This document shows, one piece after another, positions 53,607-63,457 of a stretch of DNA of 64,000 nucleotides. The notes below the pieces were generated by a model. That model was not told where the DNA came from, ran no database searches, and saw nothing but the letters and a program-made list of their open reading frames with translations. The stretch's first letter is position 1, and each line of letters begins with the position of its first letter. This stretch comes from Candidatus Latescibacterota bacterium (GTDB lineage Bacteria; Latescibacterota; UBA2968; GCA-2709665), in assembly GCA_965248435.1 (NCBI GenBank), contig OZ252100.1, positions 320,001 through 384,000 of the forward strand, given 5' to 3'. Position numbers and translations under genes: made by a program.

Positions 53607-55183
53607 AAGAATCGCACAACACACATCCTGAGGTGGGAAAAGCGACCCAACTGCTTATCGATGATCACGTCGTAGATGAAATCTGGTTGATCAGAAGAGC
53701 GCCTGAGATGCCCGTGAAGCATCTGAACAACCCTGTTTTCGATCACGTGGGCGGCAACACGATCATCTACGATGAAGAGGAGCGCATTTTCAAGATGTGG
53801 TACGGGATCGGCATACCCGGCACCTACGAAGCCCGGGGCGCGTATGCCGTTTCGGACGACGGGATTCAGTGGGACAAACCGGACCTCGGACTCGTCGAAT
53901 ACGAAGGCTCGAAGAAGAACAACCTGATCGGGACGAACGGCTTCGGATCCATCATGAAAGACCACTGGGACCCCGACCCGCAGCGCAAATACAAGATGAT
54001 GACGAAGCGAAAGAACACGGAGGTCTCTGAAGGCAGGGCCTTTGCCGCCTTTTCAGCCGACGGGATCCATTGGCAGGACCACCCCGGAGAAAAAGCGATC
54101 GTGAGGGATTCCGGGGATGGGAACGGAATTGTGCTCTACGACGAAACGATTCGGAAGTATGTCAACTTTCGAAGGCCGACGATCCGTGCCGGAGGGGGCG
54201 CGCATACGGGTGACATCGGTTTTCCGGACGGGCACGTGATGAAAGGCGCGGGCGGGGACAATCGCTCTGCTCCAGAGGGCATCGGGTTCCCGTCGGAGGA
54301 TGACTTCGTCCCCCACGAGGAGGCGGAGGACTACATCCACCGATATCTGAGACCCGCGCCCTACATAGACACGCGGGCCTTGCGCATATACAAGTCGAAG
54401 GGAGAAGAGGAAAGGGGGGCAAGCCTGCGGTGTAACAGAAGGATCGCCCGGGCGGAGAGTGAAGATTTTCTCAACTGGACCGAACCGGAGGTAATCCTCA
54501 GACCGGACGAGCTGGACCCACCGAAATTCTACAGCATGAGCGTTGCCAAATACTGTGGGATGTATCTCGGTCTCGTTCAGGTCTACAATGCCTGGGGCTT
54601 CCGGAGATATCCGGGCTGCCCTCAGGAACCGGAGACGATCGACATCCATCTGACGTTCAGCAGGGATGGCTGGCGCTGGGAGCGGCTCGCCAATCGGCCG
54701 GTGTTCATCCCGAGGGGCTACATCGGGTCCTTCGAGGGCGGGATGATCTGTCAGTCCAATCCACCCCTGATCGAATACGGGGACGAAATCAGGTTTTACT
54801 ATCAGGGCCGCGCCGGCAGCCATAACGCACCCTTAAGGGATGGTGGAATTGGCCTGGCCAGACTGCCGAAGGAAAGGATCGTCGCCAGAACAGCCGGCGA
54901 TGAAGTCGGCGCCCTCCTGACAAAACCGTTCAAGTTGACGGGGAAGCAGCTTGCGGTCAACGCGAACGCTTCTAAGGGCTTCATCAAGGTCGAGGTGACC
55001 GACCCGATAGGAAAACCGATAGAAGGATTCAGCGCCGCAGAGGCTGAAGAGATCAGGGGCAACGAGTCCCGGCATCTGGTCGCGTGGAAAAACAAAAAGA
55101 CACTCGAAGAGATTGCCGGACAGACGATTCGACTCAGGTTCTTCATGATTCAGTCGAGGCTCTATTCCTTCAAGTTCAGTTGA
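53603..55183 (+). CDS. Five-bladed beta-propeller glycoside hydrolase-like protein, copy 2
   Basis: Same length (1581 nt) and highly similar to copy 1, offset exactly 1800 bp. Confidence 0.85.
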   Translation: MKESHNTHPEVGKATQLLIDDHVVDEIWLIRRAPEMPVKHLNNPVFDHVGGNTIIYDEEERIFKMWYGIGIPGTYEARGAYAVSDDGIQWDKPDLGLVEYEGSKKNNLIGTNGFGSIMKDHWDPDPQRKYKMMTKRKNTEVSEGRAFAAFSADGIHWQDHPGEKAIVRDSGDGNGIVLYDETIRKYVNFRRPTIRAGGGAHTGDIGFPDGHVMKGAGGDNRSAPEGIGFPSEDDFVPHEEAEDYIHRYLRPAPYIDTRALRIYKSKGEEERGASLRCNRRIARAESEDFLNWTEPEVILRPDELDPPKFYSMSVAKYCGMYLGLVQVYNAWGFRRYPGCPQEPETIDIHLTFSRDGWRWERLANRPVFIPRGYIGSFEGGMICQSNPPLIEYGDEIRFYYQGRAGSHNAPLRDGGIGLARLPKERIVARTAGDEVGALLTKPFKLTGKQLAVNANASKGFIKVEVTDPIGKPIEGFSAAEAEEIRGNESRHLVAWKNKKTLEEIAGQTIRLRFFMIQSRLYSFKFS

Positions 55184-55225
55184 ACCTTTCGTTGAAGCTC
55201 TTCTCCGCTGTCGGAAAGAGAAACT

Positions 55226-56584
55226 ATGAGCTGCAGGGTCGTGTTGGTCGGAGGCGGAAGCTACAGCTGGACGCCGAGGCTAGCAACCGATCTGTTCCTG
55301 AAAGAGGGGCTCCACGGCGGCACGCTGGTGTTGGTCGACAAGGATCCCGAAGCCGTCGAACTCCTCAGGCGATACGCCACCCTGCTCTCCGAGAAGATCG
55401 GGACAGGATGGCGCGTCGAGGTGGCCGCCCTCGAGCCGGCACTGGAGGGGGCGGATGCGGTCTGCATATCCATCTCCACCGGCGATCTTGACGCGATGCA
55501 GCTGGACTACTCCATCCCCGAGGCGTTCGGCGTCTATCACACGGTTGCCGACACGATGGGTCCCGGAGGGATCTCCAGATCGCTGCGTAACATCCCAGTC
55601 TTCCTGGACATCGCGCGAAAGATGGAGCGCATCTGTCCCGACACCTGGCTCATCCACGTCACGAACCCGCTGAATCAGCTCACCCGTGTCGTCGCCAAAG
55701 AGACGGCGATCAAGTGCGCCGGGCTCTGCCACGGATACGCCGGGACGGTCGCGTTCTTGGCGACATTCCTGGGTGCGGAGATCGACGAGATCGACGCCGT
55801 ATCAGTCGGCGTGAACCACGGGACCTGGCTCAAGGAGATTACCGTAAAGGGCGCTCCCGTCGACACGTCAAGAGTGACCGTCAGTGATTACATGCGCTTC
55901 GAGGCAGCTCGGGAGGGCCCGATCGAGACCGGGACGACCGACGATGAAATCGAAGCCATGTTTCCGGCAGACACCTCCCTGTCCTATCTGCTTCCATTCG
56001 AGCTGTTCGAGACGCTCGGCGTCTACCCGGTCGGGTCGGCACCGCACGTCGCGGAAAACTTCCCTTTCTATCTCAACGACCTCGAGACGATTCGAAAGCA
56101 CCGCATTCGCCGCAAAGGCGTACTTCCGATGAGAAGGGTCGGCAAGGAAAGCCGAAAACAGCAGATTCTCGACGTGCTCGAAGGACGCAAGGAACTGGAA
56201 TCTTTCAAGGCCTCCCGAGAGGATTTCTCCAGCGTCGTCGAGTCGCTCCACACGGGCAAACCTTCACGCGTCATGGCCACCATGGCGAACGCGGGACAGA
56301 TCACGAATCTTCCACCCGGTGTCGCGGTCGAGACCTGGGCGACGGTGAATCGCGACGGTGTCACCCCTGCAGACAGCGGCGAGGTCCCCGCTTCGGTCCT
56401 CGGCATCCTCCAGCCCGTGATCGCGGAGATGGAGCTGACGGTCGAGGCCGCGATTGAGGGCGACAGAGCGAAGGCGGCCCAGGCGATCTACGTGTCACCC
56501 ATGATGCACCAGAAAGATAGAGCGGTGGAGCTTGTGGATCGGTTGATCGAGGCGACGAAGGAGTATCTGCCACAGTTTGGCTAG
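55226..56584 (+). CDS. Family 4 glycoside hydrolase (NAD-dependent alpha-galactosidase/glucosidase-like)
   Basis: LVGGGS, DTMGPGG, VTNP, GLCHG, GVNH and NAGQITNLP motifs. Confidence 0.92.
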   Translation: MSCRVVLVGGGSYSWTPRLATDLFLKEGLHGGTLVLVDKDPEAVELLRRYATLLSEKIGTGWRVEVAALEPALEGADAVCISISTGDLDAMQLDYSIPEAFGVYHTVADTMGPGGISRSLRNIPVFLDIARKMERICPDTWLIHVTNPLNQLTRVVAKETAIKCAGLCHGYAGTVAFLATFLGAEIDEIDAVSVGVNHGTWLKEITVKGAPVDTSRVTVSDYMRFEAAREGPIETGTTDDEIEAMFPADTSLSYLLPFELFETLGVYPVGSAPHVAENFPFYLNDLETIRKHRIRRKGVLPMRRVGKESRKQQILDVLEGRKELESFKASREDFSSVVESLHTGKPSRVMATMANAGQITNLPPGVAVETWATVNRDGVTPADSGEVPASVLGILQPVIAEMELTVEAAIEGDRAKAAQAIYVSPMMHQKDRAVELVDRLIEATKEYLPQFG

Positions 56585-56604
56585 AATTCAAGTTTGGCAT
56601 AACC

Positions 56605-57438
56605 GTGGACGAATCTCACAAACACTCAGACGTGTACTCTCTCTCCGGTCAGGATCACTGGTTAGACGTGCTACGGTCGATTCATATCGGATTGCGCCGA
56701 ATCGTGGCCCTTGGATGGATCCTCTTTGTAGTTGTCATCGCGGATTGGGGATTTCAACACGAACAACTAGCATATGAGACACCGCTGCTTCTTGAGACCA
56801 TTAGGACTACCGGGCTTAAATATTCTGAAGATGGCCAAAAGGCTTTCGAGGAAAGAAATAAAAATGATGCCCTGATCGTGACGGCCCCTCTACGATCACT
56901 ACCACAGCTCCTAACCGAGGTCGACTCCCAAGTAGAAAAAGCACTTCCCCAGCGAAAACACCAGATAGGGATTTTTGAACTGCCTACGGCGGTCTATCGG
57001 TTGGCACTGCTGGCCGCAGCTCCAGCATTGCTCGGATTGTCGCTATTGAGGCTATGGCGAGTGCGCAAGCTTCATGAGATGTTGTCACCCTTGGCAGGTC
57101 CGATGTCTGAGGTTCAGCAGCTACTTAACTCACCGTTCTATGAAAGAGTAACAAAGGTGTACGGAGAGAAGCGTGGTTTGCACCTATTGACAGTTCTTCT
57201 TCTCCATTCACCGCTACTACTGTCCTCCATTTGGTATGTGCCCGGCGTGTTGATATCGAAGCGTGAGAACTTGATCGTAATGGTTACAGAGATAGGTCAT
57301 ATCTTCCCTGCTGACGAGCTGAGGTTCGAAGCGCCAACGCATTTTACGGTTATGTGGATTGTATCCATTCTATTGAGTCTAGCCGGTTCGATAGTTGTGG
57401 CGGCTCTCGCCACGAAGAGGCACGCCGAAAAAAGCTAA
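56605..57438 (+). CDS. Hypothetical membrane protein, lower GC than flanks
   Basis: About four hydrophobic segments; AT-richer codons. Confidence 0.6.
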   Translation: MDESHKHSDVYSLSGQDHWLDVLRSIHIGLRRIVALGWILFVVVIADWGFQHEQLAYETPLLLETIRTTGLKYSEDGQKAFEERNKNDALIVTAPLRSLPQLLTEVDSQVEKALPQRKHQIGIFELPTAVYRLALLAAAPALLGLSLLRLWRVRKLHEMLSPLAGPMSEVQQLLNSPFYERVTKVYGEKRGLHLLTVLLLHSPLLLSSIWYVPGVLISKRENLIVMVTEIGHIFPADELRFEAPTHFTVMWIVSILLSLAGSIVVAALATKRHAEKS

Positions 57439-57519
57439 AACCAAATTTGGATTGAGAGGCTCGTTTCTTCCGTGCTTCTTCGTTTCTTTTCGTGATCCAG
57501 CTTTAGCGAGATTCACTCG

Positions 57520-58983
57520 ATGGCCGTAGACGATCACCCTCTCGCATTCAAATCCGCGCGTGAACTCGCCGAGAAGATCCGCAGCAAAGAGATCGGCACG
57601 CTTGAGCTGCTGGAGCATTTCCTGCAGCGCGTGGAGAGATACAATCCGGCGCTGAACGCGATCATCTTCACGCAGGTCGAGAAGGCGCGCGAGCGGGCAA
57701 AGGCCGCAGACTCAGCACTCGCGCGTGGAGAGGTCTGGGGCGAGTTGCACGGCCTGCCGATGACGATCAAGGAGTGCTTCGACTGGGTCGGCTCCCCCTC
57801 CACCTGGGGAAACCCGGTCTACGAGGAGAACTATCCCGAGCGCGACGCGGTAGCGGTCGAGCGTCTGGAAGGCGCCGGCGCGATCATCTTCGGCAAGACG
57901 AACGTCCCCTTGATGATCGCCGACTGGCAGACCTTCAACGTCATCTACGGGACGACGAACAACCCATGGGACCTGACCCGTGCCCCGGGCGGTTCATCCG
58001 GGGGCGCCGCCGCCGCGCTGGCCGGCGGCCTCACAGGGCTCGAGATCGGGAGCGACATCGGGGCATCGATCCGAAACCCCGCGCACTATTGCGGGGTCTT
58101 CGGGCACAAGCCGTCCTATGGCATCGTCCCGTGGAAGGGCCACGCCATTCCTGGCGATCTTACACCGACCGATATCAACGTCTGCGGCCCTCTTGCGCGG
58201 AGCGCGGAAGACCTCGCGGTCGCCCTGGAAGTGCTTACTTCAGATAGATCCGACAATACAGGATGGCAGCTCAACCTGCGAGCGCCCGAAAAGCGTAGAC
58301 TGAACGAGTTCAGGGTCGCCGTGATGCTCACGAGTCCTCTGTGCGCGCAGGACGACGAGCTGACGGATCAGCTTCAGCACGCCGTAGATGGGCTGAGCCG
58401 CGCCGGCGTGACGATAGACGATTCCGCGCGGCCGGACATCGATCTGGATCGATCTCATTACGTCTACAAGACGCTTCTCCGCGGGGCTACCGGGGCAAGA
58501 CTCCCCGAGAAAGATTTCCTCGAGCTTCGCGAGCGCGCCGCTGCCCGGGCGGGGGATGACCGGAGCTTTCGCGCCTATGTGGAGCGCGGCGCGATGCTCC
58601 CCCATCGCGACTGGGTGAAACTCGACAACGAGCGCGAGGAGATGCGTTTGGCCTGGGCAAACTTCTTCAAGGAGGTCGACCTGCTCCTCTGTCCGACCGC
58701 CGCTTCTGCCGCTTTTCCGCACGATCAGGAGGGCGAGCGCCCGGACCGCACGATTCTCGTCAACGGAAGGGAAGAGCCGACGACCGACCAGCTGTTCTGG
58801 GCGGGGCTGAGCGGGGTCGTCTACCTGCCCTCAACCGTGGCGCCGGCCGGCCTCACCCGATCGGGGCTTCCGTGCGGGCTGCAGATCGTGGGTCCTTTCC
58901 TCCACGACCGGACCTGCATCCAGTTCGCACGCCTGATGGAGCGGGAGTTAGGCGGCTTCACTCCACCGCCGGGCTATGAGTGA
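57520..58983 (+). CDS. Amidase signature family enzyme
   Basis: GLPMTIKE, GKTNVP, PGGSSGG, GSDIGASIRNPA and GLP.GLQIVG motifs. Confidence 0.94.
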   Translation: MAVDDHPLAFKSARELAEKIRSKEIGTLELLEHFLQRVERYNPALNAIIFTQVEKARERAKAADSALARGEVWGELHGLPMTIKECFDWVGSPSTWGNPVYEENYPERDAVAVERLEGAGAIIFGKTNVPLMIADWQTFNVIYGTTNNPWDLTRAPGGSSGGAAAALAGGLTGLEIGSDIGASIRNPAHYCGVFGHKPSYGIVPWKGHAIPGDLTPTDINVCGPLARSAEDLAVALEVLTSDRSDNTGWQLNLRAPEKRRLNEFRVAVMLTSPLCAQDDELTDQLQHAVDGLSRAGVTIDDSARPDIDLDRSHYVYKTLLRGATGARLPEKDFLELRERAAARAGDDRSFRAYVERGAMLPHRDWVKLDNEREEMRLAWANFFKEVDLLLCPTAASAAFPHDQEGERPDRTILVNGREEPTTDQLFWAGLSGVVYLPSTVAPAGLTRSGLPCGLQIVGPFLHDRTCIQFARLMERELGGFTPPPGYE

Positions 58984-59086
58984 AAAACCGGGTACCGCAA
59001 ACCGGTAGACGAAGAATCTGTGAGAAAAGGAACGTGGAAAGAAATGCAAGCGAGCTATCAGAAGTGTATCGTGGAGGGACCGGTTT

Positions 59087-59347
59087 TTACCGGTAGGCGT
59101 TGCCGCGTTGGCCAATCTTCACGACGTAGACGGTCAGCACATCATCTTCGACCGAGTAAACGATCCGGTACGGGCCTTGTCGGACGCGATAGCGATCCTG
59201 GTCCGAGAGCTTCTCGCATCCGGATGGACGCGGATCCTCGGCCAAAGCTTTGATTCGCGAAATTATGCGCTGCCGATGGCGTTTCTGAGGAATCGCCTCG
59301 ATCTCTCGCACAGCAGATGGCTTGATGAGAATCCTATATTTTGCCAC
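59087..59347 (-). CDS. relE: RelE/ParE family toxin
   Basis: Y.I.I..SA.RE, LAEDPRPSGCEKL, YRVRQG.YRIVY and VVKIG.R..AYR motifs. Confidence 0.9.
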   Translation of the reverse strand: MAKYRILIKPSAVREIEAIPQKRHRQRIISRIKALAEDPRPSGCEKLSDQDRYRVRQGPYRIVYSVEDDVLTVYVVKIGQRGNAYR

Positions 59348-59567
59348 TGCGTTTGAGTGCCTTGAGGACGTCCTCGAAACGTTGATCCGGTTCGCTGGCC
59401 CGTTCGTCGAACGCAGCCAGATCCTCCGCGTCCTCGGCGAGTGAGGCCTTGACAGCGTCGTTCACCAGTCCGGAAAACGAGCGATCGGTCTCAGCCGCCT
59501 TCATCCGCAGGGCGCGGTGTATGGCCGGGTCAAAGTAGACCGTACTGCGTTTGTTGGAAGAAGACAT
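59334..59567 (-). CDS. CopG/RHH antitoxin
   Basis: KRSTVYFDPAIHRALRMKAA..S..VNDAV..LAEDAEDL; overlaps the toxin start. Confidence 0.88.
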   Translation of the reverse strand: MSSSNKRSTVYFDPAIHRALRMKAAETDRSFSGLVNDAVKASLAEDAEDLAAFDERASEPDQRFEDVLKALKRSGKI

Positions 59568-59573
59568 AGACAG

Positions 59574-59602
59574 AATATAGTATTTTAACGTTATAACGTC
59601 AA
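59574..59602 (-). promoter_or_regulatory. Toxin-antitoxin promoter with embedded palindromic operator (leaderless)
   Basis: TTGACG-N17-TATATT, with the ATG 6 nt after the -10; palindrome ACGTTATAACGT at 59588-59599. Confidence 0.75.
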
Positions 59603-59624
59603 GACGTCAACTGGAGAAAACCGA

Positions 59625-60059
59625 ATGACCACTCCCTTTTATTTCGTCGTCGCATTCATTTCCGGTGTTGCGATCACCCTGCAGGGCCACCTTATGGGCC
59701 TGATGGATCGCGCACTCGGGACAAGAGCGAGTGTGTTCATCACCTATGCCAGCGGGGGCGCAATCGTGACGCTCCTGATCCTTGCCTTCGGGGGAGCGAA
59801 TTTCAAGTCCTGGTCGAAGGTCCCCTGGTATGCCTACACGGCCGGGGCGCTTGGTCTGGTCATCGTAGCGTCGATCGGTTTCGTCGTCGCGCGATTGGGC
59901 GCGGCGAAGGGATTTACACTGATCGTGGCCTCGCAGTTTCTGCTCGCCGTGCTGATCGACCATTTCGGTCTCCTCTCAGCTGACATCCGACCGATCGATC
60001 TCACCAAGTTGACTGGACTCTGCATGCTGCTCGCAGGCGTCTGGCTCGTCGTCAAGTAG
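59625..60059 (+). CDS. DMT family transporter (YdcZ/DUF606)
   Basis: G.AITLQG, PWYAYTAG, ASQ..LAVLIDHFG motifs. Confidence 0.88.
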   Translation: MTTPFYFVVAFISGVAITLQGHLMGLMDRALGTRASVFITYASGGAIVTLLILAFGGANFKSWSKVPWYAYTAGALGLVIVASIGFVVARLGAAKGFTLIVASQFLLAVLIDHFGLLSADIRPIDLTKLTGLCMLLAGVWLVVK

Positions 60060-60070
60060 GTCCGTTGACC

Positions 60071-60943
60071 ATGAATGTTCGCAGGCTGGACACGAATCCG
60101 ATCATCACGCCGGACATGGACGAACGAATGGGCCACAACATAAATGGCCCTTCACTGATCCGGGTACCGGACTGGATCCAGGACCCGCTCGCCGAGTATT
60201 ACCTCTATTTCGGACACCACCGAGGAACCTACATCCGCCTCGCCTATGCGGACCAACTCGAGGGGCCGTGGCGAATCCACACCCCCGGTGTTTTGGACCT
60301 GGAGGAATCACTCTTCGGCCGCCACATCGCCTCGCCGGACGTCCACGTGATGGATGAAGGGCAAGAGATCCGCATGTACTATCACGGTGGTGGCCTGCCT
60401 AAGCCTTCTCCCTGGAGTCAGTGCACTCGCCTGGCGACCTCCAGTGACGGCCTCCACTTCGCGGTGCTGGAGGAGCTTCTGGGTTCCCATTACTGGAGAG
60501 TCTTCTGGTGGGACGGATTCTGGTACACCCTGGAGATGCCGGGCGTGTTTCGAAGGTCTCGAAACGGTATCTCCGGGTGGGAGGAAGGGCCGACACTGTT
60601 CACGCCGGACCTGCGCCATCCGGCGCTGCGGGTGAACGGAGACAGACTCGACGTCTACTATTCGAACACCGGCGACTGTCCGGAGCGAATCCTTCAGGCG
60701 ACGATCGATCTCGCTCTGGACTGGATGGATTGGACCGCCAGCGAATCCATCACCTTGCTGGACCCGGAGATGGATTATGAAGGTGCGAACTGCCCGCTCG
60801 AACCCTCGCAACGGGGCTCTATCAACGAACCGGTTCATCAACTCCGGGATCCCGGCATCTATGAAGAAGATGGGAGAATCTATCTCCTCTATGCTGTGGC
60901 GGGAGAGCACGGGATTGCGATTGCAGAGCTCACTGACTTCTGA
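60071..60943 (+). CDS. Beta-propeller glycoside hydrolase-like protein
   Basis: NPIITP, NINGPSLI, YYLYF.HH.G, HIASPDV, SSDGLHF and QLRDP motifs. Confidence 0.7.
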   Translation: MNVRRLDTNPIITPDMDERMGHNINGPSLIRVPDWIQDPLAEYYLYFGHHRGTYIRLAYADQLEGPWRIHTPGVLDLEESLFGRHIASPDVHVMDEGQEIRMYYHGGGLPKPSPWSQCTRLATSSDGLHFAVLEELLGSHYWRVFWWDGFWYTLEMPGVFRRSRNGISGWEEGPTLFTPDLRHPALRVNGDRLDVYYSNTGDCPERILQATIDLALDWMDWTASESITLLDPEMDYEGANCPLEPSQRGSINEPVHQLRDPGIYEEDGRIYLLYAVAGEHGIAIAELTDF

Positions 60944-60954
60944 GGGACGATTGC

Positions 60955-61401
60955 TTGCTGGATATCTACGTCGATGCGGATGCGTGTCCGGTGAAACAGG
61001 AAGTCTGTAAGGTCGCCAAGCGGTACGAACTGAAGGTGACGTTCGTATCGAACACCTGGATGCGGGTCCCGGATCAGGATGCGCTGGTCGTCGTCGACGG
61101 CCAGTTCGATGCGGCGGATGATTGGATCGTGGAACAGATCTCCAAAGGCGACATCGTCATCACCGCGGACATCCCGCTGGCCGACAGGTGCATCAAGAAG
61201 GACGCGCACGTCCTCGGCCCCAAAGGACGCCCCTTTACAGAGGCCAATATCGGGCAGGCGCTGGCGACACGAGATCTGATGTCCGAACTCCGTGAAGCCG
61301 GCACCGTGACCGGGGGTCCTCCCCCATTTCAGAAACGGGACCGTTCTCAATTCCTTCAAGGCCTCGACCAGATGATCCAGAGCATAAAGCGGAGTGTGTA
61401 G
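60955..61401 (+). CDS. yaiI: YaiI/YqxD (DUF188) family protein
   Basis: IYVDADACPVK, DAADDWI and DIVITADIPLA motifs. Confidence 0.92.
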   Translation: MLDIYVDADACPVKQEVCKVAKRYELKVTFVSNTWMRVPDQDALVVVDGQFDAADDWIVEQISKGDIVITADIPLADRCIKKDAHVLGPKGRPFTEANIGQALATRDLMSELREAGTVTGGPPPFQKRDRSQFLQGLDQMIQSIKRSV

Positions 61402-61426
61402 CTACAATCACTCAGCGGGTTATTCG

Positions 61427-62650
61427 ATGACAATCACTGAAGAAGCAGGCCGCCTTCATCGCGAGGCGACCGTTCTGCTCGCCCACCTGCACATGAAACG
61501 TCGCTACACGGTGGACAGCATCGAGTATGATCGTGTAGACGAGGACCTTCCGGGCGTCCAGGTGGACATCCCGAAGTTGAAGCGAGGCGGCGTAAACGTG
61601 ATCTTGCTTTCAGAGGGAGGCCCCGGAGAGTTCGCCGTGGATGTCGAGGCGATGAGTCGCGGCGTCGTGGAGCCGAACCAGAGTCCTGCGGTCCGCACCT
61701 CCTTCTACGGCTCGTCGGAGCCGCATCGGATGCTGAGAGGTTTTGACGCGATGCGCCGGCTCTTCTCCGATTTTTCGGATGACCTGGAACAGGCGACGTC
61801 GGTACGGCAAGCCACGGAGATCAACGCCCGGGGCAAGATCGCGGTCTTTATTCACACCGAGGCGCTGCTCATCGGGAACGATCTGGCCGTCCTGCGCGGC
61901 TATCATGGTCTGGGGCTGAGATGCTCCGGCCTCGTCCACAACGCGCCCCTGGATTGGATAGACAACGACCATGAGCAGGGTGATCCGGGAGGTCTGACCG
62001 ACTTCGGCCGAGAAGTCGTCCGAGAGATGAACACGCTCCGCATCGTCATCGACGTCTCTCACGCCTCGGAACAGGCGGTGCGTGATGTGCTGCAGGAGAG
62101 CAAGCATCCCATCGTGGCGTCGCATTCCAATGCCAAACAGCTTAGCTCGATCCAGCGCAACCTGACTGACGAGCAGATCATGGGGATCGCCGCCGGCGGG
62201 GGCGTCATCGGCATCCACTGCTCGTCGGCATTCGTGGACATCGACTGCCTGAGGGGTCGTAAGAATATTTACGGCGCACAATACGGCGCATCCCGCCTCG
62301 ATATGGTTGAAAAGGTAAGGGTCCCCGGGGCGATCGACCCCTTTGGCTACGAGGTTGAGATGCGAAATCAGTATGCGCCTCCCGGCGCGGAGGAACCGAT
62401 CTTCCCCACCACCCACCTGGAGCGGCTGATCGACCACGTGGACTATATGGTCAACCTGGTGGGCGTCGATCACATCGGAATCGGCACCGACTTTCAGTTT
62501 CTCGAAGATGTCGTGGTCGACTTCGACGATGCCGGCAAGACGCCCAACGTCACGCAGGCCCTGTTGAATCGGGGCTATTCTGCGGAGGATGTGAACAAGA
62601 TCCTGGGAGAGAATTTTCTGCGAGTGATGAAAGAGGTGATCGGCGAGTAG
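61427..62650 (+). CDS. Membrane (renal-type) dipeptidase, M19
   Basis: QVDIPKL, GLTDFGREVV.EMN, IDVSHAS, ASHSNA, RNLTDEQ, IGIGTDF and ILGENFLR motifs. Confidence 0.9.
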   Translation: MTITEEAGRLHREATVLLAHLHMKRRYTVDSIEYDRVDEDLPGVQVDIPKLKRGGVNVILLSEGGPGEFAVDVEAMSRGVVEPNQSPAVRTSFYGSSEPHRMLRGFDAMRRLFSDFSDDLEQATSVRQATEINARGKIAVFIHTEALLIGNDLAVLRGYHGLGLRCSGLVHNAPLDWIDNDHEQGDPGGLTDFGREVVREMNTLRIVIDVSHASEQAVRDVLQESKHPIVASHSNAKQLSSIQRNLTDEQIMGIAAGGGVIGIHCSSAFVDIDCLRGRKNIYGAQYGASRLDMVEKVRVPGAIDPFGYEVEMRNQYAPPGAEEPIFPTTHLERLIDHVDYMVNLVGVDHIGIGTDFQFLEDVVVDFDDAGKTPNVTQALLNRGYSAEDVNKILGENFLRVMKEVIGE

Positions 62651-62691
62651 GCAGTTAGAGAGGTTGGGACTCAAACACGCGAGGGATTTCA

Positions 62692-63447
62692 ATGGCTGAG
62701 GTAGAGATACAACTCGAGAGACTCACCTCCCCCGAGGTCCGCGAGCGGATCCAGGCGGGATGGAAGACCGCGCTGTTCGGGTGCGGGTCCATCGAGCAGC
62801 ACGGACCTCACCTTCCCCTGTTTGTGGACAGCGAGTTCGGGAGCTGGTTGACCCAGGAAGTCGCCCAGCGTCTGGACCGCGCGCTCGTCGCACCGGTGAT
62901 CCGCGTAGGCTGTTCCGAACACCACATGAACTTTCCCGGTTCACTCACGCTGCGGAAAGAGACCTTCCAAGACGTTGTGATAGACTACGTAACCAGCCTT
63001 GCGCGCCACGGTTTCGAGCGGATCCTGATCATCCCCTGCCACGGCGGAAACTTCAAACCGCTTCAGGAGGTGGAGGGGCGACTCCAGGAGGCGGCCGGAA
63101 AAGCGAGAGTGCAGATCTGGGCCGATCTGATGGGTCTGGTTCGACTGTGGCGGGATGTCACCGAGGAGGCGGTCGGACTGGGTGACCGGGTCGGCGGCCA
63201 CGCGGACATCTCCGAAACGGCCATCATGATGGCCCGGCACCCCGATGTCGTGCGGACCGACCTTGTGGAGCCTGGCTACACCGGAGATTTGTCCAGGGAG
63301 GTCATCGACAGCGCCATTCGGAACGGGTTGGAGACGGTCACCCCGAACGGCATCCTTGGCGACGCAAGGGGAGGCACACCGGAACTCGGAAAAAAACTGA
63401 TCGCGGCAGTCGCGGATGAGATCGCGAATCACTTCGGTGAGAACTGA
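62692..63447 (+). CDS. Creatininase family amidohydrolase (MftE-like)
   Basis: GSIEQHGPHLP, GCSEHH..FPG, HGGN, HADISET and NGILGD motifs. Confidence 0.92.
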   Translation: MAEVEIQLERLTSPEVRERIQAGWKTALFGCGSIEQHGPHLPLFVDSEFGSWLTQEVAQRLDRALVAPVIRVGCSEHHMNFPGSLTLRKETFQDVVIDYVTSLARHGFERILIIPCHGGNFKPLQEVEGRLQEAAGKARVQIWADLMGLVRLWRDVTEEAVGLGDRVGGHADISETAIMMARHPDVVRTDLVEPGYTGDLSREVIDSAIRNGLETVTPNGILGDARGGTPELGKKLIAAVADEIANHFGEN

Positions 63448-63457
63448 GAGGAATCCT

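Noticed and set aside
62692-63447. Mycofactocin biosynthesis cluster
   Set aside because: Only an MftE-like creatininase is present; no mftA/B/C/D nearby, and the neighbours are generic amidohydrolases.
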